The notes: generated by a model not told the origin, from the letters alone. 63,218 bases of DNA, filler included, from Octopus bimaculoides (GCF_001194135.2; 6 parts of 6 records of this genome joined end to end with filler, not necessarily neighbours in it), one strand, 5' to 3'; shown: positions 23,354 through 36,931, counted from the whole stretch's first letter. Translations and numbers: made by a program.

Positions 23354-24125
23354 NNNNNNNNNNNNNNNNNNNNNNNNNNNNNNNNNNNNNNNNNNNNNNN
23401 NNNNNNNNNNNNNNNNNNNNNNNNNNNNNNNNNNNNNNNNNNNNNNNNNNNNNNNNNNNNNNNNNNNNNNNNNNNNNNNNNNNNNNNNNNNNNNNNNNNN
23501 NNNNNNNNNNNNNNNNNNNNNNNNNNNNNNNNNNNNNNNNNNNNNNNNNNNNNNNNNNNNNNNNNNNNNNNNNNNNNNNNNNNNNNNNNNNNNNNNNNNN
23601 NNNNNNNNNNNNNNNNNNNNNNNNNNNNNNNNNNNNNNNNNNNNNNNNNNNNNNNNNNNNNNNNNNNNNNNNNNNNNNNNNNNNNNNNNNNNNNNNNNNN
23701 NNNNNNNNNNNNNNNNNNNNNNNNNNNNNNNNNNNNNNNNNNNNNNNNNNNNNNNNNNNNNNNNNNNNNNNNNNNNNNNNNNNNNNNNNNNNNNNNNNNN
23801 NNNNNNNNNNNNNNNNNNNNNNNNNNNNNNNNNNNNNNNNNNNNNNNNNNNNNNNNNNNNNNNNNNNNNNNNNNNNNNNNNNNNNNNNNNNNNNNNNNNN
23901 NNNNNNNNNNNNNNNNNNNNNNNNNNNNNNNNNNNNNNNNNNNNNNNNNNNNNNNNNNNNNNNNNNNNNNNNNNNNNNNNGACGAACGAAAGCGCTAATA
24001 TATGTATAAAATAAATGAAAGAAGTTATTCCAAAATTCTGACGACCTTTTTTTTCAATATTTAATTCTGTACATCACACCTAACACTTTACACACACACA
24101 TATATATATATATATACATATTTAC

Positions 24126-24161
<36 letters not shown>

Positions 24162-24205
24162 ACATACATATGCGCTTATGTGAAAATGCTAACATATTCA
24201 TAAAT

Positions 24206-24237
<32 letters not shown>

Positions 24238-24660
24238 ATACACATACATACACAGAGAGACAGAGATGATATACGGAAAAGTTTTCACAGAAGGCGAAGG
24301 TACCCCAAAAACAGAACAGGACGATAAAGAAAGATTCTAGATGAATGCCAAACCAACGAATGAGGGTAGTTTAACGATTTGGACAAGAAATGGGCTTGTG
24401 AGAACTGAAAAAGCCTCCACTAGAGTCGGAAAAGATGTAGATGTACATGAACACGCAGTTTGCTTCCGTCAGCAGCCAGCTAAGATCCACTGTGGTTTTG
24501 ACACATTTAAAGGTGTCCCATCCCACAGTCTTTTGTTATCGGAATCTAAAGTTAGATCTAGCACAGACAGACAAACAGAACAGAATGAAAAACTAAACCA
24601 TCATAGGACAAAGCACAGTGAACGCTAATTTGAATTTCCAACCTGATCAGACAATATATA

Positions 24661-24870
24661 TAAAGCGGTGCTGAAAAGTTCCTGGCTTTAAGGGTATCGT
24701 GAAAGGAGCCCCAAACTTCCGAGTTCTTGTACAGGGCTTAGAAAAACTGAAACACCACTGCAATAAGTGTGTGAATCTGTGAGGGGAACATGTTGAATGA
24801 AATCGTAATTAACTGATCCTCCTGTATTTTCTTTTATCCAAACCCAGGAACTTTTCAGCAATCCCTCGTA
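24661..24870 (+). mobile_element. Internally deleted mariner derivative (MITE)
   Basis: TIRs gtgctgaaaagttcctggct / aacccaggaacttttcagcaatccctcgta. Interior keeps the transposase 3' end (actgcaataagtgtgtgaatctgtgaggggaacatgttgaa). Confidence 0.8.
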
Positions 24871-25322
24871 TATATGAATGTGTAGTAGTAGTAGTAGTAG
24901 TAGTAGTAGTCATCCAGAAAGACACTGATATTCTATATATCGTGTCGTCGACGAGAGATTCGGCTATAATATCGCTACTGGACATCTATCACTGAAGATC
25001 CCATAGCAGGACGAAATCACACGATCTGGCAGTTCTGGTGGCCGTAGCAGACAGTTCTCGTCTGTCAACACTATAAAATAGGAGTGCTTACCACGAGTCT
25101 TTATGAGAGGTTTTCTCATGGTAAACAACGCAGTACCTGTCGCCATTATACATAATGTATGCATCTATGTATGTATGTATGTTTATGTACGTGTATATTT
25201 ATATACATCTATTAAGAAAAAGAGGTAGTCAGGATTTTGGATAATCATTTATTTAGCGTCTTCATCTCGTTTCAGAAATTCTTCAGGAATAATATTTTTA
25301 CAGAAAATTTATGCCTTATTCA

Positions 25323-25382
<60 letters not shown>

Positions 25383-25855
25383 NNNNNNNNNNNNNNNNNN
25401 NNNNNNNNNNNNNNNNNNNNNNNNNNNNNNNNNNNNNNNNNNNNNNNNNNNNNNNNNNNNNNNNNNNNNNNNNNNNNNNNNNNNNNNNNNNNNNNNNNNN
25501 NNNNNNNNNNNNNNNNNNNNNNNNNNNNNNNNNNNNNNNNNNNNNNNNNNNNNNNNNNNNNNNNNNNNNNNNNNNNNNNNNNNNNNNNNNNNNNNNNNNN
25601 NNNNNNNNNNNNNNNNNNNNNNNNNNNNNNNNNNNNNNNNNNNNNNNNNNNNNNNNNNNNNNNNNNNNNNNNNNNNNNNNNNNNNNNNNNNNNNNNNNNN
25701 NNNNNNNNNNNNNNNNNNNNNNNNNNNNNNNNNNNNNNNNNNNNNNNNNNNNNNNNNNNNNNNNNNNNNNNNNNNNNNNNNNNNNNNNNNNNNNNNNNNN
25801 NNNNNNNNNNNNNNNNNNNNNNNNNNNNNNNNNNNNNNNNNNNNNNNNNNNNNNN

Positions 25856-25891
<36 letters not shown>

Positions 25892-26182
25892 CAATTGACC
25901 TTTTTAATTGTCAACGTAACCATCCCAGAAAACACCCCTTTTTACAGCCGACAACTGACCAAAGAATGCAATACAATTCCAACCGGCTCAGAAAAAAACT
26001 CCTTTTTCTCTGTTCTTTTCTCCTTCTGACTTTCATGTCTGTCCTTCTTTTCTTCCTGTTTTTCTTTCTTTTCTTTTTTTTTTTCTCCTTCTAACCAAGC
26101 CTGCAAAAATTCACCACACACACACTCAAAATAACAAAGAACGTTCTCTTCCGAATCCAACACTAGATTTTTGCAGTTAACT

Positions 26183-26214
<32 letters not shown>

Positions 26215-27904
26215 AGGTTAGTAGAGTTAGAGGTTGGAATAACCGTCTAAGGGATAAAAGTATCCATTATACTACCGGTATAATTACCTATTGATGGGAC
26301 ACAGTCTATTTGTATTGAATTAAAAATAATTGATGTAAGTTAATTGTTGTTGATCAATNNNNNNNNNNNNNNNNNNNNNNNNNNNNNNNNNNNNNNNNNN
26401 NNNNNNNNNNNNNNNNNNNNNNNNNNNNNNNNNNNNNNNNNNNNNNNNNNNNNNNNNNNNNNNNNNNNNNNNNNNNNNNNNNNNNNNNNNNNNNNNNNNN
26501 NNNNNNNNNNNNNNNNNNNNNNNNNNNNNNNNNNNNNNNNNNNNNNNNNNNNNNNNNNNNNNNNNNNNNNNNNNNNNNNNNNNNNNNNNNNNNNNNNNNN
26601 NNNNNNNNNNNNNNNNNNNNNNNNNNNNNNNNNNNNNNNNNNNNNNNNNNNNNNNNNNNNNNNNNNNNNNNNNNNNNNNNNNNNNNNNNNNNNNNNNNNN
26701 NNNNNNNNNNNNNNNNNNNNNNNNNNNNNNNNNNNNNNNNNNNNNNNNNNNNNNNNNNNNNNNNNNNNNNNNNNNNNNNNNNNNNNNNNNNNNNNNNNNN
26801 NNNNNNNNNNNNNNNNNNNNNNNNNNNNNNNNNNNNNNNNNNNNNNNNNNNNNNNNNNNNNNNNNNNNNNNNNNNNNNNNNNNNNNNNNNNNNNNNNNNN
26901 NNNNNNNNNNNNNNNNNNNNNNNNNNNNNNNNNNNNNNNNNNNNNNNNNNNNNNNNNNNNNNNNNNNNNNNNNNNNNNNNNNNNNNNNNNNNNNNNNNNN
27001 NNNNNNNNNNNNNNNNNNNNNNNNNNNNNNNNNNNNNNNNNNNNNNNNNNNNNNNNNNNNNNNNNNNNNNNNNNNNNNNNNNNNNNNNNNNNNNNNNNNN
27101 NNNNNNNNNNNNNNNNNNNNNNNNNNNNNNNNNNNNNNNNNNNNNNNNNNNNNNNNNNNNNNNNNNNNNNNNNNNNNNNNNNNNNNNNNNNNNNNNNNNN
27201 NNNNNNNNNNNNNNNNNNNNNNNNNNNNNNNNNNNNNNNNNNNNNNNNNNNNNNNNNNNNNNNNNNNNNNNNNNNNNNNNNNNNNNNNNNNNNNNNNNNN
27301 NNNNNNNNNNNNNNNNNNNNNNNNNNNNNNNNNNNNNNNNNNNNNNNATATATATATATATATATAAAGGCATAAATTTTCGGTAAAAAACCCCAACCTT
27401 GATGAATCTCTGAAACGAGAAAAAAGCGTTAAATAAATAGTTATCCGAAATTTTAACAACCATCTTTTTCTTAATATCGAAAAACTGTACACCATTTCAA
27501 ACATTCTATACCTGGGTGTGGGGTGTGTCGTAATATAAGAGTCGTAAAATATATTTCTATGTAGTTGACATATTTGAAACCTTATCTGATATAGAGAGCT
27601 CAATAGCTCGGGTAGAGTGAGGCGAGGTATTTATTATATAATCATATATTCATATGTTGACACACTCATAATACACTCTCAAAAATCTGCACTGCCACGA
27701 CATCAGTATAGACATGTCTACTGACAACGAAGTGTGTGTGTGTCTGTGTGTGTGTGTTTGATGAGGAAACTGGATATACACGTCTGTCTTCAACAAAGAC
27801 CTCTCTTCTCATATCATATGATTACAATAACACAGACACTCACACACACATCTACATATGTATATGATATATACGCATGCGTCTATAATTATATATGCAT
27901 ATGT

Positions 27905-27967
<63 letters not shown>

Positions 27968-28303
27968 ATACCCATATATTTATGCACGTATGCATGAATA
28001 GAAATGCATACATATGCATATATGTGTATGTGTACGCATATGTGTATATATATATATATATATATAGATTTATATATATGTGTGTGTGTGTGTATACACA
28101 CATACACACATGTATGATTATACATACGCGCGCGCACGCGTATGCATGTTTGTAATTCGTTGATGAAAGAGAGAAATGACGGTGTTATTTATTTTGCTGA
28201 GAATAGGAGAACATTTCCCACATCTGAATTGAAGCGAATAAACCAACAGACGTGTTATGTGGGTGACGTATGCCTGCTGATATTATATGATATCCATCTC
28301 CGA

Positions 28304-28352
28304 AACACCACCAGGCATGGTATATATCTGATATACCATGCCTGGTGGTGTT
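28304..28352. repeat. Perfect inverted repeat, 22-bp arms, 5-nt loop
   Basis: aacaccaccaggcatggtatat-atctg-atataccatgcctggtggtgtt. Confidence 0.95.
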
Positions 28353-29322
28353 ATTTGATACCTACGTCTGGTATGTCACTGGACGTGTTACATATGTGAT
28401 TAAGGCGCGTGGCTCAGTGGTTAGGGCATTCGTCTCACGATCTTAAGGTGGAGAGTTCAATTCCCGGCGATGCGTTGTGTCTTTTAGCAAGACACTTTAT
28501 TTCACGTTGCTCCAGTCCACTCAGCTGGCAAAAATGAGTCGTGCCTGTATTTCAAAGGACCAGCCATGTCAGATTCTCCCTGAGGACTAAGTGTACGCGC
28601 GTCTGTGGCATGCGTTGCTGTTCCCCAAGTGACGCTAAATTTTCTGCTGTTGTTTTAGTACATATATATCCTACACAAAAACTAAACGTGTTATTAATAT
28701 TCGATATATATTTTGTTATGCTCTCGTTCAGCCGTTTCTCTTCGTTGTCGTTAGCAATTGTTAACTTCTGTTTGCTTACAGTCACCTAATGGGCGCAAGA
28801 TGCTTACCCCATGCAAGAGAGTTCTAATTCTCAAGTAAAAACACTTCTTTCACTCTGATATCATCATGATACAAACTGAAGAATTCACCAGTTTCTTTTT
28901 TCGCGGTAAAATCTTAGGTTTTATTCTTTAGTTACTCTTTTACTCATTAGACTGCGGCCATGCTGGGGTACCATTATAAAGTGTTTAGTCGATCAAATCG
29001 ACCCGAGTTCTAATATTTAAGTCTGGTCTTTTTTGCCGAAATGCTAAAACATGGGAACTCCCTCTGTGCATGGGTTAAGCATCCTGCGCCCATTCTGTTA
29101 TTGTAGTTTATCATATATCAATATAGATACGTATATATCTATATATATATATATNNNNNNNNNNNNNNNNNNNNNNNNNNNNNNNNNNNNNNNNNNNNNN
29201 NNNNNNNNNNNNNNNNNNNNNNNNNNNNNNNNNNNNNNNNNGAGAGAGAGAGAGAGAGGTACCTGTATATATATGTATGTGTGTTTGCGTATATATACAT
29301 ATATACTTCTTTTTTTCTACAG

Positions 29323-29432
29323 AACACAATATTATATGACATATCGAGAAACGTTTCAGCCTCGTTATCGAACCAAATATAAATGCTGTCACGGCTGGAA
29401 GCAACGCAATAAAGAAAAAGGATGTTTATTCC
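29323..29432 (+). CDS. MEGF6: MEGF6-like exon: C-terminal half of EMI domain (RTQYYMTYRETFQPRYRTKYKCCHGWKQRNKEKGCLF)
   Basis: cttctttttttctacag| ... |gtaagt; phase 2 to 1. Closely parallels human MEGF6 RTVYYMGYRQVYTTEARTVLRCCRGWTQQPDEEGCLS (recalled, not searched). Confidence 0.88.
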
Positions 29433-30708
29433 GTAAGTATACAATTCTATTTTCTCCTTTTTCACAAAATTCCACTCATAAATACTAACCAGATATATTG
29501 ATCTGTGGAATTATTTAAAGAGTTCAGGAATTTTCAGGAATAAATGGTTTGGTAGAAATTTAATTGGGTCAAACGGTGCTTTTGTAAGACTTCTTTTCTG
29601 AGATTAATTGTATAGAAACAGGTGGACCAGCCCAATGGAAATGACGAAAGTGGGGTCGACCCCTCTGCGGTCATTGAAAATAAAACACCTACATTCTTGA
29701 GCAAACGTTGTCTTTTATAACTTTTGGTCAGCCCATTTGTTTTGAGTGAAATTGGTCAGACGGAAACTGTACAGAAGCCTGTCGGATGGATTGTGTCTGT
29801 AATTTCCAAGGTACATGCTTGTTATACACCGTATCGTGTCGGGAATTACTTTAAGGATACTCGGGTACCTAACATGAAAGCCGTTCCAACTGTGACCACT
29901 TCGTCTTTTTCGAAAATGCAAGAAACCTAGCGTCAGCATTATCCAACCGAGATTCAACCAAATCAAAAAATAAACCCAAATACTAAGCGAACAAAGATGA
30001 ACCATCCCACTTCCATTGAGCGCGCACACGCACACATACACACACACACACGCACACACATTCACATATCCCCTCTTTTACACACTCATATATTCACACA
30101 GATTTGAAAGGCTGTTTGATTAATTTTTTCGCGGACAATTTTCATCATCCCACTACCAAGTATGACACCACCTCTTCCTTTCTCATTCATAAACACAAGA
30201 GTATTATTATAGTAGATTATCTCGGTAACCATGGGAGGTATGAAAATATTACAAAGCCCAGCATCACCACCGGGTCATTCTACACATCTGCGTAATTTTT
30301 CGCGCAATTCCACCCAGCCGTTGGACTGTGAATCCCAAGAGAAGAAAGAATCGCCCATGTCAAATGTTTATATATATATANNNNNNNNNNNNNNNNNNNN
30401 NNNNNNNNNNNNNNNNNNNNNNNNNNNNNNNNNNNNNNNNNNNNNNNNNNNNNNNNNNNNNNNNNNNNNNNNNNNNNNNNNNNNNNNNNNNNNNNNNNNN
30501 NNNNNNNNNNNNNNNNNNNNNNNNNNNNNNNNNNNNNNNNNNNNNNNNNNNNNNNNNNNNNNNNNNNNNNNNNNNNNNNNNNNNNNNNNNNNNNNNNNNN
30601 NNNNNNNNNNNNNNNNNNNNNNNNNNNNNNNNNNNNNNNNNNNNNNNNNNNNNNNNNNNNNNNNNNNNNNNNNNNNNNNNNNNNNNNNNNNNNNNNNNNN
30701 NNNNNNNN

Positions 30709-30773
<65 letters not shown>

Positions 30774-32619
30774 TTAATCCAAACAAGTGATAGTACAGAA
30801 GAAATGAAGTTAAAAATACACAGAGAATAAATTAGTATTTAGTTACATTTCAAAATGTATAAATATGCACTTGACTGGTTTCACATTTGGTCTTCAGAAG
30901 GGTAGCTCGAAAGAAACTGTCACAAACTGAATTTTTCTGGCCGTCATTGTAAAACTACACACACACACACACACACACTCAAGCTCTCTAGAAACAGACT
31001 AGGAAACCCCAACTCAATCCTAACTTTCTTAAAACACCACGTTTAAAAAAATTTACACCTACCACACCTCTGTCCCCCCACTTCCGACAATTATTTCCCC
31101 GGTCTGTCTACACCACCCCTAATTATCATTCCACGTAGCTCCACCTACCTGTAAAATATAACTTGCCATAGATTATGCAAAGCCGAAAAGGATCCAAGTA
31201 TGACGTATTTTGACAAAAGCGAGCAAGCCGAAACTTCGAAGTCACTTTCAACATTCCTTATATTAAGGTTTAATAAACATAAACTCAACTAAAACATTAA
31301 GTAATTCTTCCGTTTAATTGTTTTTAGTAGAACTTGACATAAAAAACAAACATTAATGTACGTGTGTGCGCGCGTGCTTCTAGTTTTGTTACTGTTTCAA
31401 GCAACAATGCGGTGAAAGCATTTTATAAATGATATCAACGAAAGACAAAAATGTGTTGTTGTTGTTTTTTATCAAAACCTCTTATCTGCTGTAATACTTC
31501 TCGGATTTCAAATGCCTTGTGAGTAACAAACACTTGATATTCACTCTAAAACAAGCCTCACTCAGATCCACCATAGCAAATCTACTTAGATTTATATTGT
31601 CAACTGTAAATACGCTCTTTGGTGTGTGGAGATATATTAATTTGGTTTCACCCAAACATTTCTGGAGTAAAGATCAAAGAAACAATCTTGTGTAACCTGT
31701 AATTTTCTAGTTGGAACCATGATACCTTACAGAAACGATATCAACATATCTTCTGTACCGTGTTGTTGCGTTCTTCTCGCTATGGCAGCTATTTCTGACA
31801 TTCGAAGTGGAGTTATTTAACGTACGAACGCGGCCGGAAATAATAGGAGAGGATCGTAGTTTGGTAAATGATAAAAAAAAAAATGACAGCAGTTTTATCT
31901 TTTAAACAAAACATTTGCAAGCTGATACGTTTCAGGTCAATGCAAATGAGTAATAATAATAATCTACACCAACCGAACCGTGACAGCCAGGAAGAGATAA
32001 TGATAATAATAATAATAATAGTGTTCAACTCGATACTGCATTTACATTTATGGCGAGGTGTAAATTAAAAGATACCGGATACTGTGTGAGTTTATTCTAC
32101 ATATGGGTGTGCTTACATACATACGTGCATTCATAAATAAATAAATATATATATATATATATACGCACACACGTGTTTTAATACACGTGTGTGCATGCGC
32201 GCACACGGATATTTTCGCTGTTCCGTTCCTTTTAAGATACAGAACTAAGATCATTCAACAATATTTAGGCCACTTATAGTACATGTCATCTTGAATTGTT
32301 GTGTGGTTCCTCTTCGGGTCAAATTTGTTACTTTTATCATTCTATTCTATTCTAATACGACTAATTGTTATTTCAGTCAGTTGTTAGAGTCTGCCCTACA
32401 CTGGTTATGACATTTCCCAGATGGTTGATCTGGGACGGTAGAAAGAGGGACACCTCGGCTCCCTTGATATGTATTGATTTGTTTAGGTGTTAATAAACAG
32501 CCATAATAGAGATTCCTGATCGGGAAATAGAAAGTTTCGATAGCAAACGCTAGGTACTTCCCATTTCTCTCGGTTGTTTCTTTGATGCTAATATTTGGTT
32601 CAAGAAACAATCACAAAGA

Positions 32620-33380
32620 AACCATAGCGTTCACGATGGGATTCCATAGATCGTAAAGGTATCTGCGTCTTTTAAAGTCTCAACCAATAGGAAGGAGTCA
32701 TGCTCATAGCAGCCTTCATTTCCAATGGCAGCGGTCAGCTGATATTAGATCCTTTGTAAGGGTAGGACTGTCGTAAAAACATATGTAGGCAAGGAATTAC
32801 AGATGACTTCGGGAAAGGAAGAATAGTAGGAAGTGATTAATATAGGGCCTGGAGTGGGGTCTCTTGGTCGTAAAGTCGTGGGGGTCGATTCATAGACAGA
32901 GTGGTGCGTTGTATCCTTGAGCAAGGTACTTCACTTTGCTCCCGTTTATTCAACTGAAAATGGGTGTCAGTCTAGTGCTAGTGCAGCCGTTCCACCCTTC
33001 GATATTCCGCTGGGTTGAGAGGCACATGAAGCAGTTGGAGAAAGAGTAGCGTTTACCACCAGGTCCTTCTCGATTGCGATTGACAGCATTGTTCATTGAG
33101 TAAGATGGAGTACCTCTGTAGTAGCGGCATAAATTACAGAGTGAGAAGATAACACGACTGAGGGCCAGACATTGGAATATGCTGGTGAGGAACTAAATGA
33201 CAATCAAACGTTCCCTCCCAGTAGTTCAAAAATCTAGCTCTTCCGGAAAAAATTGACAGTTTTCTTAATTCTCATATCTGAGGCTTGGGCCACGAGGAGA
33301 CCATCGCGTACACATCCATAGATTTTCACCCACTATTCCTGGAAAGATCATTGGAGTAGAGTCCCCGAGGCACTTCGTAC
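32620..33380 (-). mobile_element. Highly decayed CR1/L2-like LINE 3' fragments
   Basis: Minus strand gives remnants resembling L.HRR.V..L..FYRYY.G (ALSRVIFSLCNLCRYYRG) and FF.R....WN.LP..VF. Weak, by eye. Confidence 0.4.
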
Positions 33381-33407
33381 GTCCTCAAAACAGAAGCGTG
33401 TATGTAT

Positions 33408-33510
33408 ATATAAGGATATCGTAATGAGATAAAGAACCAAGGCTGTGTATAATATAAAACATTTATTATACACAGCCTTGGTTCTTTATCTCATTACGAT
33501 ATCCTTATAT
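33408..33510. repeat. Perfect inverted repeat, 46-bp arms, 11-nt loop
   Basis: atataaggatatcgtaatgagataaagaaccaaggctgtgtataat / exact reverse complement at 33465-33510. Confidence 0.95.
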
Positions 33511-34784
33511 TCACACGCTGATATATGACCTACGTTGGACCCCTTATTCGCATAATCACCGAAACTGGAGCTTAACTATGGTCTATCCACAGCACTTACT
33601 CAGCGTTACCTGAAACCTCTGGGTCTAATCGACACCATTTTCGCTCATAACTTATATATATATATGGTGTCGCATGGCCAAAAATTACCGTGAATTTTTT
33701 TCGAGACACTTTCAAATTTATCAGAATATCGGACTGAGGATTGGAATAGGGATTTTTCATTCTCTTAACCATGAAACGATCGTATCCGATTAACTAAAGA
33801 CTTGTTTTGTTTATGCTTTCCCCTCCGGTTTTTTGTTCTATGTGTGCCATAAATATCGCCATCCATTTAGAGAAAAATTTGTAGTTTAGAATCAGTAGTT
33901 CTTTGACTGCTATTTCTAAATTTTCAGTATGTTGGAGAAGCAACTCAATGCTAATCCCTGTATATTTATGATGATAAATGGTTTTACCGATAAAGGTTTT
34001 TTCATACTGAACTACTTNNNNNNNNNNNNNNNNNNNNNNNNNNNNNNNNNNNNNNNNNNNNNNNNNNNNNNNNNNNNNNNNNNNNNNNNNNNNNNNNNNN
34101 NNNNNNNNNNNNNNNNNNNNNNNNNNNNNNNNNNNNNNNNNNNNNNNNNNNNNNNNNNNNNNNNNNNNNNNNNNNNNNNNNNNNNNNNNNNNNNNNNNNN
34201 NNNNNNNNNNNNNNNNNNNNNNNNNNNNNNNNNNNNNNNNNNNNNNNNNNNNNNNNNNNNNNNNNNNNNNNNNNNNNNNNNNNNNNNNNNNNNNNNNNNN
34301 NNNNNNNNNNNNNNNNNNNNNNNNNNNNNNNNNNNNNNNNNNNNNNNNNNNNNNNNNNNNNNNNNNNNNNNNNNNNNNNNNNNNNNNNNNNNNNNNNNNN
34401 NNNNNNNNNNNNNNNNNNNNNNNNNNNNNNNNNNNNNNNNNNNNNNNNNNNNNNNNNNNNNNNNNNNNNNNNNNNNNNNNNNNNNNNNNNNNNNNNNNNN
34501 NNNNNNNNNNNNNNNNNNNNNNNNNNNNNNNNNNNNNNNNNNNNNNNNNNNNNNNNNNNNNNNNNNNNNNNNNNNNNNNNNNNNNNNNNNNNNNNNNNNN
34601 NNNNNNNNNNNNNNNNNNNNNNNNNNNNNNNNNNNNNNNNNNNNNNNNNNNNNNNNNNNNNNNNNNNNNNNNNNNNNNNNNNNNNNNNNNNNNNNNNNNN
34701 NNNNNNNNNNNNNNNNNNNNNNNNNNNNNNNNNNNNNNNNNNNNNNNNNNNNNNNNNNNNNNNNNNNNNNNNNNNNNNNNNNNN

Positions 34785-34840
<56 letters not shown>

Positions 34841-35120
34841 ATATATGGAAGAGAGAGGTGGGGACGGGGTAGATAGAGAAATTATGTCTTATCTGCGTAA
34901 TGAGGTCGACAATGGTTTAGTGTTTGATCGTCGAGGTTTGTATCTTAAGGTTGGGTGTAACATCTCTCATCACTGTCAAACGTCTACACTCGGAATACAC
35001 GGCTTTCATCTTGAAAGGCCCAAGAACATTGCAATCTCTCTCCTAGTTCTCCAATCGGATTAACATTCTCTCATTCCGTTATTCACCAATGTTCAACCCT
35101 CAACTTGTAATTCTCGATAA

Positions 35121-35469
35121 CTCTCTCTCTATCTATCTATCTATCTCTCTCACTCTCTCTATCTCTCTCTCACTCTATCTATCTATCTACCTATCTATCC
35201 CTTTCTGTCTCTCACTCTCTCCCTCTCTTTCTCCTTTGCCCTTTCTCTCTCTTCCTCACCCTCTCTCACTCCCTCACTGTTCCTCTCCCTCTCTCTCTCC
35301 CTCACTGTTCCTCTCCCTCTCTCTCTCTCCCCCTCTCTTTCTCTCTCTCCCCTTTCTCTCTCCCTCTCTCTCACCCTCCCTCTCACACCCTCCCTCTCCC
35401 TCACTCACTATCTCCCTCACTCTCTCCCTCTCTCTCTCCCTCCCTCCCCCCTCTCTCTCTCTCTCTCTC
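35121..35469. repeat. CT-rich low-complexity polypyrimidine tract
   Basis: Degenerate (CT)n/(CTAT)n. Confidence 0.9.
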
Positions 35470-35855
35470 TGGGTGTTTATTTTAGTTATATAATGAAGTC
35501 CCGTGGCTTCGTGGTTTGAGTATTCAGTTCACTGTCGTAACGTCGCGAGTTCAATTTCCGGCGACGCGTTGTGTCCTTGAGCAAGACACTTTATTTCCCA
35601 TTGCTCCAGTCCACTCAGCTGACAGAAACATGAGTGGTACCCGTAATTCAAAGGGGTCAGCCTTGTCACATTCTTTTACACACTGATTCTACCTGAGAAC
35701 TACGTTAAGGGTACACGTGTCTGTGGAGTGCTCAGCCACTTGCACGTTAATTGCACGAGCAGGCTGTTCTGTTGATCGGATCAACTGGAACGCTCGTCGT
35801 AACCGACGGAGGGCCAGTTATTACACGCGCGCGCGCAAACACACACACACAGATG

Positions 35856-35887
<32 letters not shown>

Positions 35888-36673
35888 TGATGGATGCGAG
35901 TGGCTTTCGAGCAGCTTCATTGTTCCTTAAAACGTGAGCCTCACGTTGTGGATTTTCATTCCTGCAGGAAACTTACACTCTTGTGCTCAGATGTGACAAC
36001 GATGGGCGCCTCTTGCAACCGGTGTTAACCGGACTTACCACCCAGATTGATGCATACGTTCATACTCCATGGAATTTTTCGTTGGGTATTTTGCTTTTCC
36101 CATTATGGCCAGCCGTAGTATGCAACACATTATAGAGGTGTTAAAAATCAAATGACACCCTGTACCCGAGGCCTTTTAAATTGAGAATAGGCCTTGCACA
36201 GGGCCAATTCCTCTCCCTCTAAAAGGCGTAAACATTTGTCCAAAAGAGTTCGTCTACATCATCGGATGCAAACAAAGCCACGTGTGTTTCATCTGAGTTT
36301 TCCTTTTCTTAGTGCTCTTAGCGTTTCTGGTGACATGCAACCCGGTACGATTTGATGCATCGTTTGGCCGTCAGCAACTAAACCGACAACCCTACGGAGC
36401 CCACTTAGTAAAGAGGCTTATTTCCGTTTGATACCAATGGAAACAAAGTAAAACCAGTCAGCAGTCAACAGCATCCGACAACTGAGAGTCAGTGATCCCT
36501 AGTCTTAGCATTAAGCGACATAGGTAAACACCTGTATTATCTAATGCCTACACGCTTACCGTGTGTGAATGTATGGATATATATATATGTGTGTGTGTGT
36601 GTGTATATAATTTTCCAAAATGATTTCGAGGGATATGTAATCCTAGCGAATACCGTGTTCGCTCTTATCGGAT

Positions 36674-36768
36674 GTCAATAGACCCTGATGAAGTTGCACC
36701 GATGTTAACGTAGTTAAATATCGGTGCACCGATATCGGCCTGCAGCGGAAACACACGTAGGTCTTGAC
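36674..36768 (+). ncRNA. Type I hammerhead-ribozyme-like motif (Penelope-type, minimal helix III)
   Basis: Helix I gtcaa(ta)gacc / ggtcttgac; core CTGATGA 36685-36691; helix II gttgca/tgcagc closing a long hairpin; GAAA 36748-36751; AC-acac-GT helix III; GUA cleavage triplet 36757-36759. Confidence 0.6.
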
Positions 36769-36881
36769 GAAGAACGATGTGATTAACTGTATAATAAAAC
36801 ATGGATGTGCATAAGTCCGTTCTCCTGGTCTTTATTAATTTCATTATGTGTGTGTGTGTGTGTGTGTGTCTGTCTGTCTGT

Positions 36882-36931
<50 letters not shown>

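Noticed and set aside
12195-29432. In-frame PHM-MEGF6 chimera (exon J ends in phase 2, MEGF6 exon starts in phase 2)
   Set aside because: A phase match has a 1-in-3 chance. It would drop the CuM Met, and there is no other support.
31210-31244. Second hammerhead-like string ttgacaa-aagcgagcaagc-cgaaac-ttcgaa-gtc
   Set aside because: Core deviates at C3 and G8 and no helix I can be formed; at best a dead remnant.
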